64,000 nt of DNA from Candidatus Peregrinibacteria bacterium (lineage in GTDB: Bacteria; Patescibacteriota; Gracilibacteria; UBA1369), in contig OY970195.1 of assembly GCA_963708185.1 (NCBI GenBank), positions 352,001-416,000 on the forward strand, given 5' to 3'. This document shows positions 32,752 through 43,210 of the stretch, piece by piece; position 1 is the first letter of the stretch; each line of letters starts with the position of its first letter. The translations under genes were made by a program, and so were the position numbers. The notes below the pieces were generated by a model that saw only the letters and a program-made list of their open reading frames with translations, had not been told where the DNA came from and searched no databases.

Positions 32752-33504
32752 TTACATACCTTGGTAATCTTGAACGATCTTTTCTTCGTCGGTCTGGACG
32801 TCGATGTCCTGGATCTCTTTGGCTTTTTCGTAACGTGCCACCGTCGGATTATAAATACCGTAAAAAAGCTCGATGAGTTCCTTGGTGGTGAGCTCTTCAG
32901 CCTTGAGTCCGCAGTTTTCAAGTCCCACCTTCACGGAACTTACGCGCTGAGCAAGTGATTTTTTAAGATTTTCAAATTCGTCATGGCGACGTTTGATGGC
33001 TTCGTAACTGTCTTTTGCATTCATGTTCTGGAAGAATTTCTGGAGGATGTTCAGTTTTTGAGATCTGACCGGGTCGACGGGAACAATGACAAGGAAGTCC
33101 TTTTCCATGATGTCGGCGTACTCCACGAGTTTTGAAATATATTCAACGTATTCGTAGGTTTGTGTCTGGAGGAGAGGGTTGGTCTGTTTTTCGCCGATTT
33201 TGCGGAGTTTGTCCAGGTAGTTGTCGATATCGAGTTTTTTTGATCTGACGACGACCTGAATCGGGAATTCGAGCGTGTTCAAAAATCCTTGATAGGAATA
33301 CACGATGGAGTTTTGTTCGTCTTCCGATTTGAGATTGAAATTGATACTTGAAACTCTGAGGATGGAACGCAGTCCTCCGTTTTTAAGAACAATCGTATCG
33401 TCCCGGATTTCTGAAATGCGCAGATAGGTTTGTGTACTTGTTGCCGGATTTTTTTTGGCCTGACCCTGCCGGGTTGATTCACTGTTTTGGCTTGGATTTG
33501 CCAT
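32752..33504 (-). CDS. TraC/VirB4 N-terminal-like protein of the CPR conjugation-like cluster
   Basis: STQTYLRISEIRDDTIVLKNG, SSINFNLKSEDEQ and FLNTLEFPIQ; follows a PrgI gene. Confidence 0.7.
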   Translation of the reverse strand: MANPSQNSESTRQGQAKKNPATSTQTYLRISEIRDDTIVLKNGGLRSILRVSSINFNLKSEDEQNSIVYSYQGFLNTLEFPIQVVVRSKKLDIDNYLDKLRKIGEKQTNPLLQTQTYEYVEYISKLVEYADIMEKDFLVIVPVDPVRSQKLNILQKFFQNMNAKDSYEAIKRRHDEFENLKKSLAQRVSSVKVGLENCGLKAEELTTKELIELFYGIYNPTVARYEKAKEIQDIDVQTDEEKIVQDYQGM

Positions 33505-33515
33505 AATAGAGAAGG

Positions 33516-33962
33516 TTATTGTTGAGGATTGTTGCTATGAGTGTTGAGAATCTTACTGAGTTCTTCAAGCTTTTTGGCCTTATTGGTCATCTGTTCGGCC
33601 TTTGCTTCGGCCTTTTTTTCAACTTTGGTTTGGGGTTTGCTGCTTGAATAGAGTGAGGTGAGAATTTCTGCACTGGACTGGACCCAGAATCTTTTTTGGG
33701 GAAGAAGGACAAACTCCAGGTAGACGGCCAGAAATCTGGAGAAGTTCATGTCGAGGGGACGCAGAAAGGCAAAAAGCAGGGTAATAATCGCTATAAAAGC
33801 AACCGGAGGCAGCCATGTGATCCACAAATATTCTTTTCCCAGACTTACGTAGATGGCATAGGCAAGACCTCCGCCGGCACCGCAAATGATGAGCTGCCGG
33901 AGGGTTAAAGGTCCGACGATTTTATCTTCACGCTGGACATTTTGTGGTACCTTGAATTGCAT
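33516..33962 (-). CDS. PrgI family membrane protein
   Basis: MQFKVPQNVQREDKIVGPLTLRQL plus two TM helices. Confidence 0.82.
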   Translation of the reverse strand: MQFKVPQNVQREDKIVGPLTLRQLIICGAGGGLAYAIYVSLGKEYLWITWLPPVAFIAIITLLFAFLRPLDMNFSRFLAVYLEFVLLPQKRFWVQSSAEILTSLYSSSKPQTKVEKKAEAKAEQMTNKAKKLEELSKILNTHSNNPQQ

Positions 33963-34111
33963 GACACTGGGAGTTCGATGGTTATTTATTCTTTTTATTA
34001 TAGCAGAAATTGCGTGAAGCTACAATGTTTGCTAGACTCTCTGCGACTTGCAAAGGAAGACTGAATTTTAAGACGGAAAGTTCCTTGTTGTATAAAAATT
34101 TTGCTCACTAA

Positions 34112-35926
34112 ATGCGCGACAGTTCCAATATCAGAAATTTTTGTATTATTGCCCATATAGATCACGGAAAGTCCACGCTTGCCGATCGTTTTTTGGAGGT
34201 GACGGCAACCTTGAGCAAACGTGAAATGAAACACGGTCAGCTTTTGGATACGATGGACCTTGAACAAGAACGTGGAATTACGATTAAACTTCAGCCGGTC
34301 AGGATGAACTGGAAGCATGAGGGCAAAGATTATATTTTGAACCTTATCGATACTCCAGGCCACGTGGATTTTTCCTATGAAGTTTCGAGAAGTCTGGCAG
34401 CCTGCGAAGGGGCCATTCTCGTGGTCGATGCCACGCAGGGGATTGAGGCCCAGACTTTGGCGAATTGCTATCTGGCCCTTGAACATGACCTTAAACTCGT
34501 TCCTGTCTTGAACAAGATAGATCTTCCCTCTGCAGATATCGAAAGGAGAGCGCAGGAAATCGAAAATACGCTGGGGATCCCCAAGGAGGAGATTATCGCC
34601 ATTTCAGCGAAGGAGGGGACGAATGTGGAAAAGGTTCTTCAGGCCGTGATCGAACGAATTCCTCCGCCTCCTAATACCGACGAAGGTGACGAGACAAAAG
34701 CGCTTATTTTTGATTCGGTATACGATTCATACCGGGGCGTGGTGACGTACGTGAGGCTTATGTCCGGCGAACTGAAGCGTGGAGACAAGATTTTTTTGCT
34801 TCATAACAAAAAGGAGCTTGAAGTGCTCGAAGTCGGTTATTTTAAGCCTAAATATCAGGCCGCCGACAAACTTGTTTCGGGTGAGGTCGGGTATGTGGTT
34901 TCGGGCTTGAAAAACGTCGGTGACGCCCGTGTTGGCGACACTATCTGGAAGCCAGGAACGAAGCCTTTGGACCCCCACGCGGCCAAGCCGCTCGCAGGAT
35001 ATAAAGTCGTGAAGCCCTACGTTTTTGCCAGTATTTTTTGCGTGGACGGCGATGATTTTCCTTTACTCAGAGACGCTTTGCAGAAGCTCCAGTTGAGCGA
35101 TTCGGCGTTGAGTTTCGAACCTGAACAGTCGGGAGCGTTGGGACATGGCTTCCGCTGTGGATTTTTGGGGCTTTTGCATCTGGATATCGTTCAGGAAAGG
35201 TTGGAGCGGGAGTATGACCTCAATTTGATCGTTACGGCACCTTCTGTGTCTTATATTGCAATTTTAAACAGTGGAGAAGAGGTTTTTGTAGCCAATCCGT
35301 CTGATCTTCCCGACCCGGCGAAACTGATAGTTATTAAAGAGCCTTGGGTGAAGGTGGAAATTTTGACGCCCAAAGAGTACGTGGGCACGATCATGCAGAT
35401 GACCTTGGAGAAAAGAGGCTTGAATAAAAGTATTCAATACATTGATGAAAACCGGGTAATTTTACTTTTTGAGGTCCCTTTAGCTTCGATTGTGGTCGAT
35501 TATTATGACTTATTAAAGAGCCTGAGTTCGGGATACGCTTCCATGAATTATGAGTATCTTGAATATCGGGAAGGCAATCTCGTCAAATTGGATATGCTTA
35601 TCGCTGGCGAGAAGGTGGATGCGCTTTCAATGATTGTCCATAGAGATCAGGCCTATTATATAGGTTCAGATATGTGTAAAAAGTTGAAGGAACTTATCCC
35701 AAAGCACCAGTTTGAAGTGGCTATTCAGGCGGCGATTGGGAGCAAAGTCATCGCCCGTGAAAGCATCAGTGCGATGAGAAAAGACGTAACGGCTAAACTG
35801 TACGGAGGTGACAGGACGCGTAAAGACAAGCTTTTGAAGAAACAAAAAGCGGGGAAAAAGCGCATGAAGAAGGTCGGAAAGGTTGATCTTCCACAAGAAG
35901 CCTTCCTGGCCATTTTAAAGAAATAA
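34112..35926 (+). CDS. lepA: Elongation factor 4
   Basis: IRNFCIIAHIDHGKSTLAD, GFRCGFLGLLH, KLLKKQKAGKKRMK. Confidence 0.98.
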   Translation: MRDSSNIRNFCIIAHIDHGKSTLADRFLEVTATLSKREMKHGQLLDTMDLEQERGITIKLQPVRMNWKHEGKDYILNLIDTPGHVDFSYEVSRSLAACEGAILVVDATQGIEAQTLANCYLALEHDLKLVPVLNKIDLPSADIERRAQEIENTLGIPKEEIIAISAKEGTNVEKVLQAVIERIPPPPNTDEGDETKALIFDSVYDSYRGVVTYVRLMSGELKRGDKIFLLHNKKELEVLEVGYFKPKYQAADKLVSGEVGYVVSGLKNVGDARVGDTIWKPGTKPLDPHAAKPLAGYKVVKPYVFASIFCVDGDDFPLLRDALQKLQLSDSALSFEPEQSGALGHGFRCGFLGLLHLDIVQERLEREYDLNLIVTAPSVSYIAILNSGEEVFVANPSDLPDPAKLIVIKEPWVKVEILTPKEYVGTIMQMTLEKRGLNKSIQYIDENRVILLFEVPLASIVVDYYDLLKSLSSGYASMNYEYLEYREGNLVKLDMLIAGEKVDALSMIVHRDQAYYIGSDMCKKLKELIPKHQFEVAIQAAIGSKVIARESISAMRKDVTAKLYGGDRTRKDKLLKKQKAGKKRMKKVGKVDLPQEAFLAILKK

Positions 35927-35931
35927 GGGTA

Positions 35932-35960
35932 TTGACCAAATTAAGTAAATATGGTATAAA
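35932..35960 (+). promoter_or_regulatory. sigma70 promoter of small-ORF unit 2
   Basis: TTGACC-17 nt-TATAAA with extended -10 TG. Confidence 0.65.
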
Positions 35961-36017
35961 ATATCTGTGGTTTATCATGAAAATACAACAGTATTTTTTC
36001 TGTGGTAAATCCAATCA

Positions 36018-36388
36018 GATCTTTGAAAACTTGTGTAAGGACATCTTGAATGGAAGACTGGTGCTTCAAATTAAGCGCTATACTCCCATTCAAGATAAAC
36101 GGCTTTTAGCCACTATTTCGGACATATATGTCCGAGGAGAAAAAGAGAACATGAGCAAGAACACTGTTTCCGTCGTCGTCGCTTCGAACTCTTTCTTCAG
36201 CAACCTGAGCGAGCTCGACAAGCTGCTCGCTTTGTGGGCCCTGAGCCTCGGCTACATGCCGGTTATCGGCTTGATGCTGATGACCATCGGCAAGTAAAGC
36301 GGACCGCAGGGCCTCCCCGCCATTCTGTTTTCGGAATGTGCGGGGAGCCCATGGCCCTTTCTCCTGAATAATCCTTATGCAAGTTTTC
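36018..36388 (+). other. boxA-led RNA unit enclosed by a long-range duplex
   Basis: GATCTTTGAAAA at 36018; 36025-36041 pairs with 36372-36388 (17 bp, two G-U); AGGAGAAA 36135-36142 pairs with TTTCTCCT 36358-36365; hairpins 36043-36096, 36118-36135 and 36309-36350. Confidence 0.8.
36151..36297 (+). CDS. 48-aa peptide with hydrophobic C-terminal segment
   Basis: SD AGGAG upstream; MSKNTVSVVVASNSFFSNLSELDKLLALWALSLGYMPVIGLMLMTIGK. Confidence 0.6.
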   Translation: MSKNTVSVVVASNSFFSNLSELDKLLALWALSLGYMPVIGLMLMTIGK

Positions 36389-36531
36389 TATTCTTTCGAT
36401 CACTAAGCGCTGAAAAGCGTTTTTTTTGTGTTTCGGTCCTTCGCGTCGACTCAGCTTGGCAATTTTGGCTTTTTTTGGTATACTATAAAGATAAATTTGG
36501 TCTTCACTCCAAAATAAATATCAACACCAAC

Positions 36532-38118
36532 GTGGCGCTGAACCTGAACATCAAGAAAAATCTCACAAGAGTGGCTTTCGGCCTCTACGTTCTGGTGTTG
36601 ATCATCCTTGGAGCACAGCTGTTTTTTGGAGACCAGGTCATGTTCTTTGCCAACTCTTTTACCGGAGCTCCCCAGCCGCACGGTTCTGCGGAAACCCTGA
36701 CAATTGCCTATGCTCTTCCTAGTCAGAGTCTTGATCCGACACTGTTTGATCCGGTTACCCGGAGCAGGCTCGTCAACATTTATGAAGGGTTGGTCCGTAC
36801 TGACCGCAATCTGAGGATTCAACCCGCTATCGCCGTTTCCTGGGGCCTTGTGGATCCTACGACCTGGGAGTTCAAACTCAGGCCGCATGTGAAATTCCAT
36901 AACGGCGTCGAGGTGAAAACCGATGACGTCGTCTCGAGCATCAACTACGCCCTGACGTCAGATAACTCACAGCTTAAAGCTCTCCTCAACAGCATCAGCG
37001 AGGTGAAGGCGGTGGACGCATCAACGATCCGCATCACGACAAAAACACCTGATCCGCTTCTGCTCAACAAGCTTGCTGTGACCTATATTTTCCCAAAGGA
37101 TTATGTGAATTTCGATCAGCCTGTTGGAACGGGGCCTTATCAATTCGTTTCCTGGGACCAGGGACAACAGATGACGCTCAAACGTTTTGAGAATTACTGG
37201 GGCAGCGAATCTTACTACGCCCAGTTGGTACTGAAGACGATCGAAGACAAAGATGCACGTATAGCTGCGCTGAGCAGTGGACTGGTTGATCTTCTTGCGG
37301 ATGTTCCTCCTTCTGCCGGATGTGAATTTACACAGAGCAATAATCCCGGGTGTCCCACTATTCCGAATGTTACGATGAAAACAATCCCGAGTTTGCAAGT
37401 GAACTTCATCATGTTCAATCCGAACCAGGGAATATTCCAGGACAGAACGTTGCGGGAAGCCGCGGCTTATGCGCTTGACCGTCAGCAGTTCGTGGATATC
37501 GCCGGCGGATACGCCCATCCGATTGATCAGTTTGTGAGCAGCGGCGTGTTCGGGTTCAATCCCGACATCAAAGGTTACGATTTTGATATGACGAAAGCTC
37601 ATGCAGATGCGGACCCCGTGGTCGCCCAGTCGTTCGTCCAGCTGACCGTTACCCTTGACTATGCTCAGGGCAACGACGTCATTGCCCAGTACATCCAGCA
37701 GCAGCTTCATGGGCTTGGCATTAACGTCGTTCTCAATCCTTTGAGCGGTAACGATTTTCAGCAAAAGATCCTCAGCGGGTCTTCGGAAATGTATTTCCTA
37801 GGATGGAGGTCTGAACTCGGCGACGCCAATGATTTTCTTCAGAGCGTCGTTCACAGCAGGGATCAGAGCGGTCTCTCCGGAGAGTTTAACGGAACGAACT
37901 ATGCAAACCATTCCGTCGACGACTTGATTGATAAAAGTCAGGAGGATCTGAACATTCAAACCCGTCTGAAAGACATGCAGGACGCGATGAAAATCCTCGT
38001 GGAAGACGACATTGCCGGAGTTCCGTTATTTGAAACACAAACCATTTTTGCCTATAAAAATAAAATTCAGTTCGACCCACGCGTGGATGGCTATATCTAT
38101 GCTTCAGAAATCAAATAA
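36532..38118 (+). CDS. ABC-type family 5 substrate-binding protein, N-terminally anchored (GTG start probable)
   Basis: SLDP, IYEGLV, FKLRPHVKFHNG and PVGTGPYQF motifs. Confidence 0.9.
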   Translation: MALNLNIKKNLTRVAFGLYVLVLIILGAQLFFGDQVMFFANSFTGAPQPHGSAETLTIAYALPSQSLDPTLFDPVTRSRLVNIYEGLVRTDRNLRIQPAIAVSWGLVDPTTWEFKLRPHVKFHNGVEVKTDDVVSSINYALTSDNSQLKALLNSISEVKAVDASTIRITTKTPDPLLLNKLAVTYIFPKDYVNFDQPVGTGPYQFVSWDQGQQMTLKRFENYWGSESYYAQLVLKTIEDKDARIAALSSGLVDLLADVPPSAGCEFTQSNNPGCPTIPNVTMKTIPSLQVNFIMFNPNQGIFQDRTLREAAAYALDRQQFVDIAGGYAHPIDQFVSSGVFGFNPDIKGYDFDMTKAHADADPVVAQSFVQLTVTLDYAQGNDVIAQYIQQQLHGLGINVVLNPLSGNDFQQKILSGSSEMYFLGWRSELGDANDFLQSVVHSRDQSGLSGEFNGTNYANHSVDDLIDKSQEDLNIQTRLKDMQDAMKILVEDDIAGVPLFETQTIFAYKNKIQFDPRVDGYIYASEIK

Positions 38119-38123
38119 ACACT

Positions 38124-39701
38124 ATGTTTCACTCGATTAAAACAAAACTCGTCCTTACGATCAGCGCACTCATCATTGTGCTGCTGAGTGCTGCGGCGAT
38201 CGTGCTGGTCGGAGAAAAACAGAAAGAACTGACGAAGGACATCTTTGACCGTGCTCATTCATTTGCAGAACTTACGGCGGAGAACATCGTCGGGGATTAT
38301 AACCTGTACCTCACTCAGAACAGCTTTGTTTATTTTAACCGTAATATCCAGGACACTTTTGCCCGTGACGTTGACGTCGCGTCGATTCAGGTTGTTGGAT
38401 ACGGAGGGAATGTCGTTTACGATTCCGCCACCGAAAAAGATAAACAGTATGAAGGTCCCGATCGCACGATCAAGGATCAGAATCTGCTGGAAGAGGTAAA
38501 ATCACGCAATGCTTCGGTGAAGACTCTCGATACCAATCGCGTGGTGTATTTGAAAAAGAACGCCGACGGAAGCTTCAGCGCCGTGGATTTCAATGAGAAC
38601 CCGGTCAAGGACCTGGCTCCCGACGAAAAGATCATGTATCTCGTCCAGCCGGCCACCAACGATTTTGCCGTAGTATACGGGATTACGTATCAGGCCTTAC
38701 AGGATCGCATCAACCAGACCACGATGCGCATCCTGCTTTTGGCGATCTTCGGCGTCGGCGTCGGCATTCTCATGGCGATTTTGTACGCCGGAACCATCAC
38801 CAAGCCCATTGAAAAATTGAAGGAAGGCGCCGGCATCATCGCGACAGGTAAATTCGATTTCCGCGTCGACATCAAAACGAAGGACGAACTTGAAACTCTT
38901 GCGAATTCGTTCAACAAGATGGCCGCGGACCTGGAAGTCAGTACCAAAGCTCTTGTCTATAAAGAACGCGTGGCAAAGGAACTCGAGCTTGCCGGAAAGA
39001 TCCAGAAACAACTTCTGCCAAAACAGATGCCGAAAGTGCCCGGTCTCGATATCTCGGCGGGACTTTTACCGGCCGAAGAAATCGGTGGTGACTGTTACGA
39101 TTTTATCCCGGTGGCACCCGACAGACTGGTCATGTATATCGGTGACGTGACAGGACACGGTGTTCCGTCGGGTATCGTCGTGTCCATCGCCAACGCGTTG
39201 GCTTATCATCTCGCCGATAAGGAAGATATCTTGAACACGATGATCAGCATGAATAAAGTCATCAAGCAGAAGACCGCTTCAAACATGTTCCTGACCATGG
39301 TCATGATGGACTGGAATTCCACGACGAACCAGCTTCATTTTGTGAATGCCGGTCATGAACAGATGATCCACTACCACGCGGCGGACAAGAAGGTCACACT
39401 CACTCCTCCGGGAGGTCTGGCGCTCGGTATGTTTCCCGATATCGGGAAGTTATTGAAACTTCAGGAGATTCAGATGGAAAAAGGTGACGTCCTGGTGATG
39501 TATTCTGACGGTATTCCGGAATCATGGAAGAATGAGACCGAGATGTACGGCATGGGACGTTTTAAACGCGCGGTTGCCGACTCCAGCGACCTGCCGACGG
39601 CGATCTCCATCCGTAACGCCCTGCTTGCCGACGTCAAAGAGTTCAGCGGGAAGTGGAAACAAATGGATGATATTACCTTGATCGTTCTGAAGAGGACCTA
39701 G
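38124..39701 (+). CDS. Membrane sensor phosphatase: extracellular domain, HAMP, SpoIIE/PP2C (RsbU-like)
   Basis: Two TMs; HAMP (DELETLANSFNKM); IGGDCYD, IGDVTGHG, NAGH, YSDG and DDIT motifs. Confidence 0.9.
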   Translation: MFHSIKTKLVLTISALIIVLLSAAAIVLVGEKQKELTKDIFDRAHSFAELTAENIVGDYNLYLTQNSFVYFNRNIQDTFARDVDVASIQVVGYGGNVVYDSATEKDKQYEGPDRTIKDQNLLEEVKSRNASVKTLDTNRVVYLKKNADGSFSAVDFNENPVKDLAPDEKIMYLVQPATNDFAVVYGITYQALQDRINQTTMRILLLAIFGVGVGILMAILYAGTITKPIEKLKEGAGIIATGKFDFRVDIKTKDELETLANSFNKMAADLEVSTKALVYKERVAKELELAGKIQKQLLPKQMPKVPGLDISAGLLPAEEIGGDCYDFIPVAPDRLVMYIGDVTGHGVPSGIVVSIANALAYHLADKEDILNTMISMNKVIKQKTASNMFLTMVMMDWNSTTNQLHFVNAGHEQMIHYHAADKKVTLTPPGGLALGMFPDIGKLLKLQEIQMEKGDVLVMYSDGIPESWKNETEMYGMGRFKRAVADSSDLPTAISIRNALLADVKEFSGKWKQMDDITLIVLKRT

Positions 39702-39702
39702 T

Positions 39703-40953
39703 CTAGGCTTTCACGCCCGGTACCGGAAACTTATTGCAGAGTTCTTTCACTGCGGCGTTGACGTGCGAAAGTTTGGACTCGTCCTGCCAGTTGGCAATGA
39801 CGTCATTGATCCAGGAAGCGATCTGTTTCATCTCGGCTTCTTTCATGCCGCGGGTGGTCACGGCGGGCGTTCCGAGACGGATGCCGCTCGGGTCCATCGG
39901 ACTGCGCGTTTCGAACGGAACGGTGTTTTTGTTGCAGGTGATTCCGGCTTTGTCCAGCGCTTCTTGGGCCTGTTTCCCCGTGACGTTTTTGTTGGTGAGA
40001 TCAACGAGCATAAGATGGTTTTCCGTGCCGTTGGAAACGATCTGGAATCCGAACTTCATGAGGTCGTCAGCCAGGACTTTGGCGTTGGCGAGAATCTGTT
40101 TGGCGTAATCTTTGAATCCAGGTTCAAGCGCCTCCTTGAAGGCAACGGCCTTGGCGGCGATGATGTGGTCGTGGGGTCCTCCCTGCAACCCCGGGAAGAC
40201 GGCGCGGTCGATGGCTTTGGCGAATTTTTCCTTGCACATGATCATGGCGCCGCGGGGGCCGCGGAGCGTTTTGTGGGTCGTCGTGGTCACGACGTCGAAG
40301 TAGGGGACCGGGGAGTCGATGATCCCCGCGGCAATGAGTCCGGCGATGTGGGCGATGTCGGCCATGGTTAAAGCGCCGACCTCATCGGCGATCTCTTTAA
40401 ATTTTTTCCAGTCCAGATTGCGGGAATAGGCGGAAAATCCCGCAACGATCATCTTGGGTTTGTGTTCAAGGGCAAGTTGACGGACCTCATCCATATCGAT
40501 AATACCGGTCTCTTTTTTGACACCGTAGCCGATGAAGTTGTAGGACTTTCCAGAAAAGCTGATGGGCAACCCGTGGGTGATGTGTCCGCCGTGATCGAGT
40601 TTCATGCCGAGGACGGTGTCACCGTAATTCAACAGTGCGAAATAGACCGCCGTGTTGGCCGGGCTTCCAGAGTAAGGCTGGACGTTGATGTGGTCGGCAC
40701 CAAAGAGTTGTTTGGCTCGATCGATGGCCAGGTTTTCCACGACGTCGACGTATTCCTGTCCGCCATAATAACGTTTGCCGGGATAACCTTCCGAATATTT
40801 GTTGGTTAATAGCGACCCCATGGCTTCAAGGACCGGAACCGAAACGTAGTTTTCCGAAGGAATGAGTTCCATTCCGTCGCTCTGGCGTTGTTCCTCATGT
40901 TTAATAGCATCGTAGATCTTTTGATCGTACGACTTTAGGTGGAGCATTTCCAT
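39703..40953 (-). CDS. glyA: Serine hydroxymethyltransferase
   Basis: [34 protein letters not shown]. Confidence 0.98.
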   Translation of the reverse strand: MEMLHLKSYDQKIYDAIKHEEQRQSDGMELIPSENYVSVPVLEAMGSLLTNKYSEGYPGKRYYGGQEYVDVVENLAIDRAKQLFGADHINVQPYSGSPANTAVYFALLNYGDTVLGMKLDHGGHITHGLPISFSGKSYNFIGYGVKKETGIIDMDEVRQLALEHKPKMIVAGFSAYSRNLDWKKFKEIADEVGALTMADIAHIAGLIAAGIIDSPVPYFDVVTTTTHKTLRGPRGAMIMCKEKFAKAIDRAVFPGLQGGPHDHIIAAKAVAFKEALEPGFKDYAKQILANAKVLADDLMKFGFQIVSNGTENHLMLVDLTNKNVTGKQAQEALDKAGITCNKNTVPFETRSPMDPSGIRLGTPAVTTRGMKEAEMKQIASWINDVIANWQDESKLSHVNAAVKELCNKFPVPGVKA

Positions 40954-41003
40954 AGGGTTGAGAGTTAAAAGGCAAAAGATAAAAGCTTTTTGTTCCCGTT
41001 TCG

Positions 41004-41597
41004 TTACGGTTTGAGCCCTTTTCTCCTGACTTTTAAGGTTTTTTGTTCGGTGATGATCATGTCCATGGGAACGTCGTGCGGGTCACCTGAAATATTCTTC
41101 ACTATTTGGAATCCGTATGCAATGCCAATTTTCGGGCAAATGGTTTTTTTGAGGAGTCGGTCGTAAAATCCTTTGCCGTAGCCTATTCTGTGGCCATCCA
41201 AACCGAAGACGACTCCTGGAACCAGTACCAGGTCAAGGCCAGAAGGTTTCACCGTCGGGAGATGTTTTTTCGGTTCGGTAACGTTGAATTTCCCTTTCGA
41301 GGTATGGGTGAGATTTTTTATCAGGTGCAGTTCGAGTGTTTTTCCCTTCACGCGGGGAAGGAAAAAAGTTTTCTTTTTTGAGAATTTTCCGAAAAGTCCT
41401 GTCAGATCCACTTCGCCATGAACGGGAAGGTAGAACAGAACGTTTTTTGCTTTTTTGAAGGCCGCTAGCGACGAGATTTTTTTGATAATTTTTTGATCTT
41501 TGTCCTTTTTTTGGGTAGTATGCTGACTCTTTCGCAGGAAAAGTTTTTCTGAGCGTAACCTTTGTTTCACTTCAGGTGGTGGTGAAGGGGTGAACAC
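41004..41597 (-). CDS. 5-formyltetrahydrofolate cyclo-ligase
   Basis: [30 protein letters not shown]. Confidence 0.92.
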   Translation of the reverse strand: MFTPSPPPEVKQRLRSEKLFLRKSQHTTQKKDKDQKIIKKISSLAAFKKAKNVLFYLPVHGEVDLTGLFGKFSKKKTFFLPRVKGKTLELHLIKNLTHTSKGKFNVTEPKKHLPTVKPSGLDLVLVPGVVFGLDGHRIGYGKGFYDRLLKKTICPKIGIAYGFQIVKNISGDPHDVPMDMIITEQKTLKVRRKGLKP

Positions 41598-41654
41598 ACT
41601 GATTTAAACATATTTCCGCTTTAAATAATATTATTATTTTAATACATCAAACCT

Positions 41655-42986
41655 ATGGATACGAAAAAATTGGTACCTCTTGTGGTGCTGTTGGGTTTTC
41701 TTTCCGGCGTCGCCGGGGGATTTGTTTCCCAGAACCTTGTGGTCAGCAGGCTGGGAGGTTTTGGAGTGCCGTCCTCTCCGACGCAGCAACAGGCAGTTGA
41801 ACAAAAAAGCTACGTTGAGGAATCTCAGGCCATCGACGCGACGAAGAAAGCCGGCGCTTCGGTCGTTTCGATCGTGGCTTCCGAGGACCTGAAGATCTAC
41901 AACAATCCTCAGTCTTATGACTCCAACAGTCCGTTCAACGATCCTTTCTTTTTCAGTTTCCCCGGTTTTAACCAGCCGGCGCCCGACACCAATCAGCAAA
42001 ACCAGCAGGGAAACAGCGGAGGATCTTCGCAGAACTATCAGGTCCAGAAACAGAAAGTCGGTGGAGGTTCCGGATTCATCATCAGTGAGGATGGGCTTGT
42101 TTTGACCAACCGTCATGTGATCTCCGATCAGAACGTCGAATATACCATCATCACCAACGATGGTACCGAATACGACGGAGAGGTGGTGAGCATTGATCCT
42201 TTCAGCGATATTGCGGTTCTTCAGATGGTGACCAAGGGAGAGCTGAGCAAGAAAAAAGAGGACCGCACGAAACTGAGCGGACTTCCGGTGATCGTATTCG
42301 GCGATTCGTCGCAGCTCCAGTCAGGACAGAAAGTTCTGGCGATCGGGTACGCGCTGGGTCAGTATGAGAATACGGTGACTGAAGGCATTATCAGCGGGAA
42401 AGGCCGTCAGATTACCGCCGATGATCCTTCACGCGGTCCGGAAACGCTTTCGGACCTGCTCCAGACCGATGCCGCCATCAATCCCGGGAACAGCGGCGGT
42501 CCTCTCGTCAATCTTGACGGACAGGTGGTCGGAGTCAACGTCGCCATCGATCAGACGGGCAGCAACATAGGTTTTGCCATTCCTATCAACGACGTGAAAC
42601 CTGTTCTGGCCAGTATCCAGAAGTATGGGCGTATTGTCCGTGCCACCCTTGGCGTCCGTCATATTATTTTGACCAAGGAAAAGGCCAAACAGCTCCAGAT
42701 TGACGTAGATCACGGCGCTTTGCTGACGGGGGATGAAGCCAACGGTGAGTTCGCGGTCATTCCCGGAAGTGCCGCGGATAAAGCCGGACTCAAGATCAAA
42801 GACGTTATTTTGAGTGTTGACGGGAAAGATATCACGACCGATTACACCCTTCAGGATGCGATCATGACCAAACAGCCCGGAGATACCATTGATATGCAGG
42901 TATGGAGAAGCGGAAAGACCATTGACGTCAAAGCCACTTTGACCGAAGCCAAAGATGAAGCGGCGACGATCAACGCGAAGGCCTGA
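41655..42986 (+). CDS. htrA: HtrA/DegP serine protease with PDZ domain
   Basis: GSGFI, LTNRHV, DIAVL and QTDAAINPGNSGGPL motifs; C-terminal PDZ. Confidence 0.93.
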   Translation: MDTKKLVPLVVLLGFLSGVAGGFVSQNLVVSRLGGFGVPSSPTQQQAVEQKSYVEESQAIDATKKAGASVVSIVASEDLKIYNNPQSYDSNSPFNDPFFFSFPGFNQPAPDTNQQNQQGNSGGSSQNYQVQKQKVGGGSGFIISEDGLVLTNRHVISDQNVEYTIITNDGTEYDGEVVSIDPFSDIAVLQMVTKGELSKKKEDRTKLSGLPVIVFGDSSQLQSGQKVLAIGYALGQYENTVTEGIISGKGRQITADDPSRGPETLSDLLQTDAAINPGNSGGPLVNLDGQVVGVNVAIDQTGSNIGFAIPINDVKPVLASIQKYGRIVRATLGVRHIILTKEKAKQLQIDVDHGALLTGDEANGEFAVIPGSAADKAGLKIKDVILSVDGKDITTDYTLQDAIMTKQPGDTIDMQVWRSGKTIDVKATLTEAKDEAATINAKA

Positions 42987-43004
42987 TACTTTTAATTTAC
43001 AACC

Positions 43005-43040
43005 AAACGGCCTCCCCATTCTGCCGGGGAGGCCGTTTTT
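43005..43040 (+). terminator. Intrinsic terminator after htrA
   Basis: AAACGGCCTCCCC-loop-GGGGAGGCCGTTTTT. Confidence 0.85.
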
Positions 43041-43120
43041 GTGCCGCTGGAATATCGTCTTGAGATTTTTTCGTAATTCGCTAAAATGGGTGAGCTTTTG
43101 GCGAAAGAGTTTCACGTCGT

Positions 43121-43207
43121 GCGCGGGTGGCGAAACTGGCAGACGCACTACCTTGAGGTGGTAGCGCCCGCAAGGGCATGGAGGTTCAAGTCCTCTCCCG
43201 CGCACCA
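43121..43207 (+). tRNA. tRNA-Leu(GAG)
   Basis: GCGCGGG...CCCGCGC-A-CCA; loop TTGAGGT; long variable arm. Confidence 0.95.
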
Positions 43208-43210
43208 GGA

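Noticed and set aside
32752-33962. Integrated conjugative element or prophage
   Set aside because: No integrase, relaxase, att repeats or phage genes; flanks of all tRNAs look chromosomal
41598-41654. 6S RNA upstream of the 5-formyl-THF cyclo-ligase gene
   Set aside because: Only 57 nt of AT-rich divergent promoter region is available
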